This document shows positions 36,186 through 45,680 of a stretch of 64,000 nucleotides of DNA, in pieces. This DNA is from Tepidamorphaceae bacterium. Lineage in GTDB: Bacteria > Pseudomonadota > Alphaproteobacteria > Rhizobiales > JAKSCL01. The stretch's first letter is position 1, and every line of letters begins with the position of its first letter. The stretch covers positions 287,537 through 351,536 of the forward strand of contig JANQPO010000017.1 in assembly GCA_028289445.1 (NCBI GenBank), in the 5' to 3' direction. The notes under the pieces were generated by a model, which saw nothing but the letters and a program-made list of their open reading frames with translations, was not told where the DNA came from and made no database searches. The position numbers and the translations under genes were made by a program.

Positions 36186-36959
36186 ATGGTAAAATCGCTC
36201 GAATACGCTGCCGACGGCCTTATCGGTGTTTTGACGCCACAGGCGAACACCACGGTCGAACCTGAATTCACGATTCTGATCCCGCCCGGGATCGGCATGA
36301 TCACCGCACGGCTGACGAGCGACAAGGGAACCATGGATGAGCGACTGGTCGACTATGTCGCGGCGCTGGACAGCACCTTGGATCAGTTCGCGAACGCGCC
36401 TGTCCGCACGGTTGCCTTCGCCTGCACCGGGGCGTCGTATCTTGTCGACCCCGCCGACGAGGATCGCCGCCTTGCCGCGATAGAAGCCCGCCGGGGATAT
36501 TCCGTAATCACCGCTGCAAATGCCGTGCGCGATGCGCTGAACGTTCTCGATGCCAAACGCATAGGCATCGTCTCGCCCTATGGCGATCCGCTGCACGACA
36601 GTGCCCTGTCATACTGGGAAAAGAGGGGATTCACAATCGTCCGCGTGCAGCGCATTACCAGCGATGACGCGGCCTTTCACCCCATTTACGCATTGGGTGG
36701 AGAGGCCTCAAAGGGCGCACTGGAAGCGATCGGAACCGAGAGTCTTGATGCCATTGCGATTCTCGGCACGGGGCTTGCGACCCTGCCGGCGATCTTGCGC
36801 GCAGGCGGGACTGCGCCGCCGGTTCTGTCGCCCAATCTTTGTTTGGTTTGGCGTAGCGTGCTAGCGGTTTCAGGCGAGTCGCCCAGCGCCGAGACTCTTG
36901 CGCCGTGGCTGACCGGAGCGGCGTGGTCAGAGCGGTTCCGCGCCCGCACCGGTCTTTGA
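36186..36959 (+). CDS. Asp/Glu racemase-superfamily protein (maleate isomerase/arylmalonate decarboxylase-like)
   Basis: The true start is ATG 36186 (MVKSLEYAADGLIGVLTPQANTTVEPEF...), which matches the ..IVPSSNTTMEpE.. start of maleate isomerases. First Cys motif FACTGAS. The second motif reads AILGTGLATLPAI, with Gly where the second Cys is expected. Confidence 0.78.
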   Translation: MVKSLEYAADGLIGVLTPQANTTVEPEFTILIPPGIGMITARLTSDKGTMDERLVDYVAALDSTLDQFANAPVRTVAFACTGASYLVDPADEDRRLAAIEARRGYSVITAANAVRDALNVLDAKRIGIVSPYGDPLHDSALSYWEKRGFTIVRVQRITSDDAAFHPIYALGGEASKGALEAIGTESLDAIAILGTGLATLPAILRAGGTAPPVLSPNLCLVWRSVLAVSGESPSAETLAPWLTGAAWSERFRARTGL

Positions 36960-37325
36960 GTTGGAAGCTTCCGCCAGATCGTTCCAGACCCTTTGGCGCC
37001 GGATCAGGCCATCGTCGAATTCGAACCAGTCGGTAAAGCGAATACCGTCGAATGCGCTGCCGTCGGGCCAATGGCCGTGGAGCGTGCCTTGAACGAACGC
37101 GATGTCACCTCGGGATCCCGGTGCGACGTCGATCCGCTCAACCCGCTTCGCGACATCGCGATAGCGCGGCTTCGCCCAGGCAACCAGTGCGTCGAGGGTC
37201 CTGAAAGTTGCGCCGCCTGGGAAGACCATTTCGATCTCGGGATGCAAGAATGCTTGTGCTTTCCCTAGGTCGCGGGCTTCGAGAGCGGCGAGAAACGCCA
37301 TTATGATGTCTTCTGTCTTGCTCAT
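36927..37325 (-). CDS. SnoaL/NTF2-like fold protein
   Basis: 132 aa. MSKTEDIIMAFLAALEARDLGKAQAFLHPEIEMVFPGG... is typical of the SnoaL-like family. It overlaps the convergent gene end by 33 nt. Confidence 0.7.
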   Translation of the reverse strand: MSKTEDIIMAFLAALEARDLGKAQAFLHPEIEMVFPGGATFRTLDALVAWAKPRYRDVAKRVERIDVAPGSRGDIAFVQGTLHGHWPDGSAFDGIRFTDWFEFDDGLIRRQRVWNDLAEASNSKTGAGAEPL

Positions 37326-38050
37326 TGCGCCGAATATCCACCGTCCACCACGAGGTCCGCGCCAGTCATGAACCGCGCATCGTCGGATGCAAGAAACACC
37401 GCGGCACCCGCTAGGTCATCGGGCATGCCGATGCGCCCGAGGGGGTATTTCGATGTTAGCGTTTCCCGCACCGCGGCCTCAGAGCCGTAAGCACCGATCA
37501 GCCGCTCGGTGAGCACCGCACCGGGGGAGAGCGCATTCACGCGCACGCCGTCGCCGGCATGATCGAGCGCCATGGCCCGCGTCAACTGGATCAGGCCACC
37601 TTTGGATGCACAGTAGACCGGGTTCGCCGGCACGGCGACCGACCCGAGCTGCGACGCGACATTGACGACTGCTCCACCGCCGGCCCTTGCCATGTGTGGA
37701 ATCACAGCGCGGCAAAGCAGGAAGGCTCCAGTTAGATTGACCGTCAGGGCGAGGGTCCAGTCATGAAGCGACATCTCGGTCACCGGGCCGCGGATGCCGT
37801 CGGCGGCAGCGTTGTTCACAAGGATGTCGATCTGTCCGAATGTCGCGATAACGTTGGACACCGCAGCGTCGACACTGGCTTCATCGGCGACATCGACTTT
37901 CATCGACAGCCCGCCATTGCGAGACCGAGGCGGATTGAGGTCAAAGGCAGCGACTCTTGCGCCCTCTGCGGTGAAGCGCGACGCAATGGCTTCCCCGATC
38001 CCACGAGCCGCGCCGGTAACGATTGCGGTTTTGCCTTTTAAAGCGGTCAT
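37322..38050 (-). CDS. short-chain dehydrogenase/reductase (SDR)
   Basis: TGAARGIG and YCASK motifs; 242 aa. 4-nt overlap with the downstream SnoaL-like gene. Confidence 0.88.
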   Translation of the reverse strand: MTALKGKTAIVTGAARGIGEAIASRFTAEGARVAAFDLNPPRSRNGGLSMKVDVADEASVDAAVSNVIATFGQIDILVNNAAADGIRGPVTEMSLHDWTLALTVNLTGAFLLCRAVIPHMARAGGGAVVNVASQLGSVAVPANPVYCASKGGLIQLTRAMALDHAGDGVRVNALSPGAVLTERLIGAYGSEAAVRETLTSKYPLGRIGMPDDLAGAAVFLASDDARFMTGADLVVDGGYSAQ

Positions 38051-38174
38051 CGCCCCCTCCTTGCTTTACGATTGCCAGGGTACCTGAAATACCCTGTGCA
38101 ACAATCCGGATCGCATTGCACTGCGCAACGCGATCGATATGATCTCCAGGCCATTCGCGAACGAGAGACCTCCC

Positions 38175-38903
38175 ATGTCGCAAACTGCTCCGCCAAGAAC
38201 GGCGGAAGATGTCGCTGGTCTGCTGACCGAGCTGAAGGCGAAGCGCGGATATCTCCTGCCGCACCACGGACTCATGGCGGTGGCGGCACCCGAGCTTCTC
38301 AAGGCCTATGATGCGACCTACACCGCGCTGACCCTTCAAGAGCGCACCTTGACGCTTTATCAGAAGGAAGTGATCTGGTTGATCATTTTGGTGTCGACCG
38401 AAGAAGCGATCGCAACGCATCACATCGACCGGTTGCGTAAGGGTGGCGGCGACGAGGCGGACGTTGCCGCTGCGCTGACGTTTGCGGCGTGGACGGACGG
38501 TGCGGACCGGCACGCTTTCGTCGCGCGTCACTGGTCGCCGCATCTGGAAGGATTCGATTCGGTCGCTTCCTATCGCGACGGTCTGAATACTCTTCGCGAG
38601 CGCCATGGAACGGAAAGCTGGATCGTCGAGATCGGCATGGCGGGGGCACACCAGTGCCATCGCCGTTGGGACTGGGTGGCGGAACATATCGTTGGAGCCT
38701 ATGCCGCCGGTGCCGAGGAAACGGCGATCGCCGAGGGCCTGTCGCTGGCGATGTTTCCCGGCGGCGTGCCGAATTTCGTGGATGCTTGCGAGGTCTGGCG
38801 CGAACTCATCATCGACGGCAAGGTGGCCGCCGGGGAACCGTTCCGCGCCTGGGCACAGATGACCGGACAGGGCGGATTCGACGAAGCGTCCGCCAAGTCG
38901 TGA
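38175..38903 (+). CDS. carboxymuconolactone decarboxylase (CMD/AhpD-like) family protein, about 240 aa
   Basis: ATG 38175 (MSQTAPP...). ...AKRGYLLPHHGLMAVAAPELLKAYDAT... is paralogous to the CMD protein at 57409-57825. No CxxC motif seen. Confidence 0.65.
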   Translation: MSQTAPPRTAEDVAGLLTELKAKRGYLLPHHGLMAVAAPELLKAYDATYTALTLQERTLTLYQKEVIWLIILVSTEEAIATHHIDRLRKGGGDEADVAAALTFAAWTDGADRHAFVARHWSPHLEGFDSVASYRDGLNTLRERHGTESWIVEIGMAGAHQCHRRWDWVAEHIVGAYAAGAEETAIAEGLSLAMFPGGVPNFVDACEVWRELIIDGKVAAGEPFRAWAQMTGQGGFDEASAKS

Positions 38904-40519
38904 GCAATACGAACTGGACCCATATTGTGGTTGGGGCCGGGGCGGCTGGGTGCGCTCTCGCCGCGCGCCTGTCGGAGAACCCGGACTTCAACGTGTTGCT
39001 TATCGAGGCGGGCGGCCGGGGGCGCGATCCGATGCTCGCGGTTCCCATGATGACGGCGGTCCTCATGCACGGGACGGCTCATGTCTGGCGCTTTTCGACG
39101 TCCCCCGAACCCGGTCTGTCGGATCGCTCGGTCGACTTGCCGCGCGGCCGTGTGCTGGGCGGATCGACCGCGATCAACGGCATGGTCTATGTCCGAGGCT
39201 TGCCGTTCGACTACGATCTCTGGGCGCAGCAGGGTATGCCGGGATGGTCCTGGGAGGCTTTGAAACCGCTCTTTCTGCGCTCCGAAGGGTTTCGTGGTCC
39301 TGGGGGTGCCGCTGCGGATCATGGAACGGATGGTCCGCTCACCGTCTCGCGCCGCCCAAGTCCCGTCAGTCCTCTGTCTGACGCCTTCGTTGAAGCGGGT
39401 ATCGCAGCGGGTCATCCGGCGTGTTCGGACTTCAACGCGGAAAGACCGGAAGGCTTCGGATACTACCATTTCACCATTCGCAATGGCCGGCGGGAGAGTG
39501 CGGCTCGTGCGTTCCTCTCAGATGCCCGCCGCAGGCCTAATCTGACCATTTGGACAGGTGGCGAGGTCAACCGTCTCGTGATCCGAAACGGTCGTGCTGC
39601 GGGTGTCGTTCTGGCCAAGGGTGGGCGCGAGCAAGCCGTTGAAACCGACGGCGAGGTCATTCTTTGCGCCGGTGCCATTGGCTCGCCAACCCTGTTGCAG
39701 CGTTCGGGCATCGGTGCGCCTGATGAGCTTGCTCCGCTTGGGATCGATCCGGTCGTAGACCTGCCGGAGGTTGGGCAAAATCTCCACGACCACGTCCTCA
39801 CGCGCGTTTCGCATGCCGCGACGAAGGATGCCACGCTCCACAGCCTGACACGCATCGATCGCGCCGCGGCCGCGTTTCTGCAGGCCTATCTTTTCGGTAA
39901 AGGCCCAATGAGTGTCTTTCCTTTGGAGTCCGGGGCCTATCTGCGCGGCCCAGGTGCGGACGCACCGAATATCCAAAGTCATTTCCTGCCCGCCCTTACC
40001 AGTGCGACGGTTCGGTTCAATCCGTTCGCGAAACCGGCCAACGAAGGTCCAGGATTCATGGCCAACGCTTCGGTCATGCGTCCATTGAGCCGGGGCGCGG
40101 TCAAGGTAACCTCAGCCGATCCGTCGGCCGCGCCGGATATCCGCGTGAATTATCTCGCCGACCCGCGCGACGTGGATACGCTTGTCGATGCGGTCGAGAT
40201 GCTGCGAGACGTCTTCGCGCAAAATCCCTTCGATCAGTATCGCGGGGACGAATTGCAGCCCGGCCCGGACGTGAAATCCCGAAAGGCGATCGCTGCATGG
40301 GTGCGCGAAACCGCGAGCACCGTTCACCACCTTTGCGGCAGTTGCCGAATGGGGGCGGATGAGGGCTCGGTCGTCGATCCCGAGCTTTGGGTCAGGGGAG
40401 TCGATGGGTTGCGCGTGGCCGATGCCTCGATTTTTCCGTCCATCCCCTCGACCAACACCGCTGCGCCGTCGATCATGGTCGGGGAGAAGGCGGCAGACCT
40501 GATCCTCGGTGAAATCTAG
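38900..40519 (+). CDS. GMC-family FAD oxidoreductase (choline/alcohol dehydrogenase-like)
   Basis: GTG 38900 overlaps the CMD stop (GTGA). N-terminus VSNTNWTHIVVGAGAAGCALAARLSENPDFNVLLIEAGG is classic BetA/AlkJ-like. The ORF-track start at 38489 lies inside the CMD gene. Confidence 0.88.
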   Translation: MSNTNWTHIVVGAGAAGCALAARLSENPDFNVLLIEAGGRGRDPMLAVPMMTAVLMHGTAHVWRFSTSPEPGLSDRSVDLPRGRVLGGSTAINGMVYVRGLPFDYDLWAQQGMPGWSWEALKPLFLRSEGFRGPGGAAADHGTDGPLTVSRRPSPVSPLSDAFVEAGIAAGHPACSDFNAERPEGFGYYHFTIRNGRRESAARAFLSDARRRPNLTIWTGGEVNRLVIRNGRAAGVVLAKGGREQAVETDGEVILCAGAIGSPTLLQRSGIGAPDELAPLGIDPVVDLPEVGQNLHDHVLTRVSHAATKDATLHSLTRIDRAAAAFLQAYLFGKGPMSVFPLESGAYLRGPGADAPNIQSHFLPALTSATVRFNPFAKPANEGPGFMANASVMRPLSRGAVKVTSADPSAAPDIRVNYLADPRDVDTLVDAVEMLRDVFAQNPFDQYRGDELQPGPDVKSRKAIAAWVRETASTVHHLCGSCRMGADEGSVVDPELWVRGVDGLRVADASIFPSIPSTNTAAPSIMVGEKAADLILGEI

Positions 40520-40590
40520 AGCAAGTGCTTATCCGAAAACCGCACGCACTTTTCGGGAACATGCTCTAGCGGTTTTCATGAAGAGAATTG

Positions 40591-40612
40591 CCCCGCCGGT
40601 GGTCCGGCGGGG
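40591..40612. terminator. GC-rich hairpin between convergent genes (probable terminator for dctP, possibly bidirectional)
   Basis: CCCCGCCGG-tggt-CCGGCGGGG: 9-bp stem, 4-nt loop, 11 nt beyond the dctP stop. On the minus strand it is followed by CAATTCTCTTC. Confidence 0.6.
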
Positions 40613-40622
40613 CATGAGAGGG

Positions 40623-41612
40623 TCAAATGGCCTGTATTCGGTCGTAGGCTCCCGCGCCGAAGATATCGTCGGAAAGGGCCTTGATCGCTGGCTCCAGCGT
40701 TTGTTGTGCTGCACTGGCATCCAGAAGCGGTGTTGAATCCTCGCCATTGAATTCCCGCCATTGTTCGAAGTTGGCGATTTCCGCCTCCTCGGTGGCGCGG
40801 AAAAAGTCCTGCGGCTCCAGTTCATTGAACGTGTCGACCAGGATCTTCTGGTTCTCTTCGCCGAGGCTGTCCCAGGTTCCGGTGTTGATCATCTGCTTGT
40901 CCAGCCCGATGCCCCAGTCGTTCTGGTAGCAGAACTTCACAACCTCGTAGAACTTCTGGCTGATCATCAGGTTGCCGAGCGTCGCCATGCCGTCAACCAC
41001 GCCCTGCTGGAGCGCGCCGTAAAGCTCGTTGAACGGGATGACCGTTGGCTTGGCACCAACCTGTTCCAGTCCGGCGATAACCCCTTCGATCTCGGGCGCA
41101 CGAATTTTCATGCCCTTAAGGTCGTCAAAGGTTTCCAGCTTCTGGTTGGTGAAGAGCTTCCAGGGCCCCGCTCGCGCGACCGACAGATAGCGTAGCGTGG
41201 GATAGCGCTTTTGAACCGCGCTGTTGAGTTCGTCATAGAGAAGCTCGTTCGCAATCTTCTGCGCGTGGTTCGAATCCCGCGCAAAGTACGGCGCATAGAA
41301 GACATCGAACTCGCGCAGACCCGTATAGGCGCCATTGTAGATTTGAACGGTGCCCAAGGCGGTTCCGTCCAGAACGTCCTTACCGCCACCGATGGTGCCG
41401 GCCTTGATGTCGAACACAAGCTCGCCGCCGGTGCGCTCGGTTACGAGATCCAGCCATTTCTTGGCGAACTGATTGGACGCGCTGTCGATGTTGCCGGCGT
41501 TACCATAGATCAGCGTTTTGGCCGCCAGTGCCGGGCTACCGACGCCGATAAGAGCGGCTGTAAGACCAAGCCCGCCGACGCCCTTGGTGAAGCTTCTTCT
41601 ACTTAGTGTCAT
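40623..41612 (-). CDS. dctP: TRAP transporter substrate-binding protein, DctP family
   Basis: 329 aa. Tat-like signal MTLSRRSFTKGVGGLGLTAALIGVGSPALAA. Sits downstream of the Q and M subunits. Confidence 0.85.
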   Translation of the reverse strand: MTLSRRSFTKGVGGLGLTAALIGVGSPALAAKTLIYGNAGNIDSASNQFAKKWLDLVTERTGGELVFDIKAGTIGGGKDVLDGTALGTVQIYNGAYTGLREFDVFYAPYFARDSNHAQKIANELLYDELNSAVQKRYPTLRYLSVARAGPWKLFTNQKLETFDDLKGMKIRAPEIEGVIAGLEQVGAKPTVIPFNELYGALQQGVVDGMATLGNLMISQKFYEVVKFCYQNDWGIGLDKQMINTGTWDSLGEENQKILVDTFNELEPQDFFRATEEAEIANFEQWREFNGEDSTPLLDASAAQQTLEPAIKALSDDIFGAGAYDRIQAI

Positions 41613-41645
41613 GGTGTCTTCTCCCTGTTCTTGAGGGTTTGGCCG

Positions 41646-42941
41646 TCACTGCTGGAAGAACAAAGACGGCAGAAACAGCGTGAGCTGCGGGAAGTAGGTG
41701 ATGATCAAAAGAACGACGATGAGGATGAGGAAATAGGGGACAGCCTCCTTGAATATGTCGATGACCCCAACGCCTCCGATTGACGAAATGATGAAAAGGT
41801 TCAGCCCGATGGGCGGTGTGATCATTCCGATCATCAGGTTCAGCACCATGACCACGCCGAAGTGCACGTCGCTTATGCCGAGATCGGTCAACAACGGGAA
41901 CAAGACCGGCGCCAGGATCAGCATGATCGGCAAGATTTCCATGATCATGCCCAGGATGAGCAGCATGATGTTGATCATCAACAGGAGAACCCAGAGCTCG
42001 TCCGTGACCCAAAGCAGTGCGTTGGTCAGGTAAACGCCCAGATTTTCCTTAACCGCCAACCAGGCGAAGATTTTGGAGGTCGCGACGGTCAGCATGATCA
42101 CCGAAGTGGCAACGGCGGCGTGGCTGGCGGCCGTTAGGATCTGCATGAACGACAAGTTGCGGTAAACGAACAGACCCAGGAAGAGGACATAAAACGCGGC
42201 CACGGCGGCGCTTTCGGTCGGCGTGGCGATTCCGAAGATGATCGCGCCCACGATGATGACCGGGGCAAACAGCGCGCTGATTCCCTCGAAGAAAGCCACG
42301 CGCCGCTCGCCTCCGGTCGCACGTGCTTCAAGCGGGTAGTTGCGCCTGCGGCAAATCCACCAGGTCACGCCGAACATGGCGATGAACATCAAGGCGCCCG
42401 GCACGACGCCGCCAAGAAAGAGTTGGCCGACCGAGATGTTGACGATGGCACCGAGCAGGACGAAGGAGATCGAAGGCGGAACGATCGGGCCAACGGTCGC
42501 TGCCGAGGCGATGACCGCGGAGGAAAACGCAGGCTTGAACCCGCGTTCCTTCATCTCCGGCAAGAGCACCGTGCCCGTGGCCGCGGCATCGGCCAGCGCC
42601 GAGCCGGAGCAGCCGGACATGATGAAGTTCGCCGTGACGCCGACATTGGCCAGGCCGCCATTGATATGTCCGACAAGCGAGGCAGCGAATTTCACGATCC
42701 GCCGTGTAACGCCCGTCACGTTCATCAGCTCTCCCGCGAAGATAAAGAGCGGAATTGCCAGAAGAACGAAGGAATTGACCCCCGACGTCATCTGCTGCGC
42801 GAAAAGCACCATGGGCGTCGCGCTATCGGTGAATTGCGACAACGTGAGATAGCCGAAAGCGGCCAAGCCGATTGCCCAGGCGATCTCCATCCCCAGAAGC
42901 GAGAAGACGAAAAGGATCGCGATCATCGAGACGAGCAGCAC
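41646..42941 (-). CDS. dctM: TRAP transporter large permease, DctM family
   Basis: 431 aa polytopic protein adjacent to DctQ and DctP. Confidence 0.88.
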   Translation of the reverse strand: MLLVSMIAILFVFSLLGMEIAWAIGLAAFGYLTLSQFTDSATPMVLFAQQMTSGVNSFVLLAIPLFIFAGELMNVTGVTRRIVKFAASLVGHINGGLANVGVTANFIMSGCSGSALADAAATGTVLLPEMKERGFKPAFSSAVIASAATVGPIVPPSISFVLLGAIVNISVGQLFLGGVVPGALMFIAMFGVTWWICRRRNYPLEARATGGERRVAFFEGISALFAPVIIVGAIIFGIATPTESAAVAAFYVLFLGLFVYRNLSFMQILTAASHAAVATSVIMLTVATSKIFAWLAVKENLGVYLTNALLWVTDELWVLLLMINIMLLILGMIMEILPIMLILAPVLFPLLTDLGISDVHFGVVMVLNLMIGMITPPIGLNLFIISSIGGVGVIDIFKEAVPYFLILIVVLLIITYFPQLTLFLPSLFFQQ

Positions 42942-42942
42942 G

Positions 42943-43443
42943 TTATGCTCCCGCCGTGGCTTGCCGGTAATCGACCCATGATCGGATCATGAGCCGCGAC
43001 TGATAGATGAACATCAATGCGCAACCGACCGAGACGGGTGCGTAGAGCCAGACAAAGCTCCAGCCGGTCGACAGCATGCTGCCGCCCGACTGTAGGTTCA
43101 AAACCGGTATGTTGTACCAGACAAGCGCCGCGAGCATGATCAGCACGAGGATGTGCATGAAAGTTTCTAGAAGTAGCCGCGGGTAGGGTGCGAACTTATC
43201 GATGAAGTGGGTGACGCGTATATTCTGGCCGCGTTTGGTGGCCACGATGATTCCCAGATAGGTCATCCACAGAAAGAAGGCGCGGGGTGCTTCATCGGCC
43301 CAAAGCGGTGGCTCGTTGAACGCATAACGCATTGTCACGGCGTAGAAGACCGCTGTTGCGATTACCATCAGAAGCAGCCCCGATAAGTAAAAAAGGGCCT
43401 TTTCCAACCATTCATCCAGCAGTAGAAGTCTCTTCACCAGCAC
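42943..43443 (-). CDS. dctQ: TRAP transporter small permease, DctQ family
   Basis: 166 aa with 4 predicted TM segments. First gene of the QMP operon. Confidence 0.85.
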   Translation of the reverse strand: MLVKRLLLLDEWLEKALFYLSGLLLMVIATAVFYAVTMRYAFNEPPLWADEAPRAFFLWMTYLGIIVATKRGQNIRVTHFIDKFAPYPRLLLETFMHILVLIMLAALVWYNIPVLNLQSGGSMLSTGWSFVWLYAPVSVGCALMFIYQSRLMIRSWVDYRQATAGA

Positions 43444-43537
43444 CCCCTGGGCCGGGATGTTCGATACCCGCTCACGTGTCCATCGATGCTCCCGTCCGCG
43501 CCGATCTTGCGATCCGCTATCTTGCTAGTTGACCTAA

Positions 43538-43547
43538 TGATATATCA
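43538..43547. promoter_or_regulatory. perfect 10-bp palindrome TGATATATCA in the dctQ/gntR divergent spacer; candidate operator
   Basis: Seen at 43538-43547 in the AT-rich stretch TTGACCTAATGATATATCAATATACC, which also contains a TTGACC -35-like hexamer at 43529-43534. Confidence 0.3.
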
Positions 43548-43593
43548 ATATACCATTCTGTCTACGTCTGGATTCAGGAGTCGTTGACGGCCG

Positions 43594-44403
43594 ATGAAGC
43601 AATCAACGCAGGAGCGCGAAGTTATGACCGAAACCGCGTTAGATCGCGGCGCCGGCATGCCGCTTTACCAGCAAATGGTCGCACTTCTTACGAATCAGAT
43701 CCGGACCGGAGCGATCTCGGCTGGGGAATACCTGCCCGGAGAAAACGAACTCTGCACGGAGTTCGGCGTCTCGCGCATCACCGCCAAGAGGGCGATGAAC
43801 GAATTGGCGCAGGCCGGGCTGGTCGCTCGGGAACGGGGTAAGGGGACGCGCGTGCTGGATAACCAGCTGTCGCCGGTGTTCAGCGCCTCGATTGATGGAT
43901 GGCGCGAGAACGTCAGCATGATGGGGCGACGGACCTCGGCGCAGGTGCTGGAGTTCGGTTATGTCCCTGCTTCGGTCAAGGTGGCATCTGCACTGGAAAT
44001 CGAGCAGGGCGAACTCGTGCAGCGCGCTGTACGCGTAAGGCGGCTGAGTGGCGAGCCCTTTTCCCACCTGGTGACCTACGTTCCCGAGGGTATCGGACGT
44101 CGCTACAAGCGCAAGGACCTGGGCAACAACCCGTTGCACAAATTGCTCGAACGGGCTGGCGTTCGTATCGCGGCAGCACGGCAAACCCTGACAGCAACGC
44201 TGGCGGACCCGCCGTTGGCCGGTGTCCTTGGTATCCCGGTCGGCAGTCCCTTGATCGATGTCGAGCGCGTGGTGCGTGACGACAGCGACCGGCCGGTTCA
44301 GTTTATCCGGGTGCTTTATCGCCCCGATCTCTATCGTTTCGAAATCACAATGGACCACAGCGGCAGCGTCGAGACATCGGTTCGGAAAGCTGCTGCTTCA
44401 TGA
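43594..44403 (+). CDS. GntR-family regulator, HutC/FarR subfamily (UTRA effector domain)
   Basis: wHTH ...ENELCTEFGVSRITAKRAMNELAQAGLVARERGKGTRV... plus a UTRA-length C-terminus. The start is 43594 or 43624. Its stop overlaps the next gene (ATGA). Confidence 0.85.
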   Translation: MKQSTQEREVMTETALDRGAGMPLYQQMVALLTNQIRTGAISAGEYLPGENELCTEFGVSRITAKRAMNELAQAGLVARERGKGTRVLDNQLSPVFSASIDGWRENVSMMGRRTSAQVLEFGYVPASVKVASALEIEQGELVQRAVRVRRLSGEPFSHLVTYVPEGIGRRYKRKDLGNNPLHKLLERAGVRIAAARQTLTATLADPPLAGVLGIPVGSPLIDVERVVRDDSDRPVQFIRVLYRPDLYRFEITMDHSGSVETSVRKAAAS

Positions 44404-45680
44404 CTGGCACAACCCTGGCGCAAAAGATCATTGCGCGTGCAGCGGGACGCCAGAACGTCACCCCGGGCGAGGTTGTCACCGTCGGCGTAGACCTCGCCAT
44501 GATCCACGATAGCGGTGGTCCCCGGCGGGTCGAACCGATCCTCCGCGAGTTGGGGGTGGGTCTTTGGGACGCGTCCAAAGTGGTTTTGATTTCCGATCAT
44601 TTCGTGCCCGGCGACACCGAGGAGGGCGCTCGGATACTGGATCTGACACGTGATTGGGCGTCGAAGCGAGGTGTCGCCTTCCACGACGGCCAAGGCATTT
44701 GCCACGTCGTGCTGCCGGAGCGAGGGCATCTGAAACCGGGGATGCTGGTTGTCGGTGGCGACAGTCATTCTCCCACGGGCGGCGCTTTCGGGGCGTATAT
44801 GTTCGGCGTCGGCGCGACCGAAATGGCTGGTGTTCTGGCGACTGGAGAGATTTGGCTGAAAGTGCCCGAAACGATCTTGATCGAATGGTCGAAGCAACTG
44901 CGGCCAGGAGTGGTTGCCAAGGACATCATGCTGGCGCTTTGCGGTCGGCTTGGAATGGATGGCGGCCGCTATCAGGCCGTCGAGTATACCGGCGATGCAA
45001 TCGCCGCACTGTCTATGCAGGAGCGGATGACGCTATCGAATATGGCGGCCGAGCTTGGCGCACAGGTCGGGTTGATCGCGCCTGACGCGACGACTTACGC
45101 CTTTCTCGACGCAGCAGGGTCGGGCGCGGTCGAAGACGCGAGCCTGCGCACCGACCGCGATGCATCCCTCGGCGAACATCATGTGTTCAATGCCGCAGAG
45201 TTGGCCCCACAGGTTGCGGCCCCGCATTCTCCCGCAAATGCCATGGCGGTCGAGGATGCGCCGAGGATTTCCCTCGATATCGCCTATATCGGGGCGTGTA
45301 CCGGAGCGAAATACGAAGACCTCAAAAATGCCGCGGCGATCTTGCGCGGGCACTCGCTTGCACCAGGCATGACGTTGCTGATCGCGCCGTCGTCGAAACG
45401 GGATCAGGACCGGGCAAAGAAAGAAGGAATCATGCGGGTATTCGAAGAAGCAGGCGCGCGCATCCTGCCAAACGCCTGCGGGATTTGCGCCGGCTATGGT
45501 GCCGATCGACTGGCCGCCGAAAGCCGCTGCATATCCTCGACCGCGCGAAACTTCAAAGGTCGAATGGGAGACCCCACTGCGGAGGTTTGGCTGGCTTCGC
45601 CGTTGACCGTCGCCGCCTCTGCGATTGCCGGCGAGATCGCCGATCCAAGGGACTATCTGCACCGGCGCGAGGTCGCGTGA
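44400..45680 (+). CDS. aconitase-family dehydratase large subunit (LeuC/HacA/DmdA-like)
   Basis: 426 aa. ...VGGDSHSPTGGAFGA..., with Fe-S cysteines in IGACTGA and NACGICAG. Confidence 0.85.
   Translation: MTGTTLAQKIIARAAGRQNVTPGEVVTVGVDLAMIHDSGGPRRVEPILRELGVGLWDASKVVLISDHFVPGDTEEGARILDLTRDWASKRGVAFHDGQGICHVVLPERGHLKPGMLVVGGDSHSPTGGAFGAYMFGVGATEMAGVLATGEIWLKVPETILIEWSKQLRPGVVAKDIMLALCGRLGMDGGRYQAVEYTGDAIAALSMQERMTLSNMAAELGAQVGLIAPDATTYAFLDAAGSGAVEDASLRTDRDASLGEHHVFNAAELAPQVAAPHSPANAMAVEDAPRISLDIAYIGACTGAKYEDLKNAAAILRGHSLAPGMTLLIAPSSKRDQDRAKKEGIMRVFEEAGARILPNACGICAGYGADRLAAESRCISSTARNFKGRMGDPTAEVWLASPLTVAASAIAGEIADPRDYLHRREVA

Noticed and set aside
40533-40556. Second inverted repeat, CCGAAAA-N10-TTTTCGG, just after the GMC gene stop.
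   Set aside because: The 7-bp stem is AT-rich, the loop is 10 nt, and no U-tract follows. The GC hairpin at 40591-40612 is the more credible terminator.
43529-43557. A sigma-70-like promoter: TTGACC, then a 16-17 nt spacer, then TACCAT/ACCATT upstream of the GntR gene.
   Set aside because: The -10 match is poor, and alphaproteobacterial promoters are hard to call by eye. Only the palindrome inside it is listed, at low confidence.
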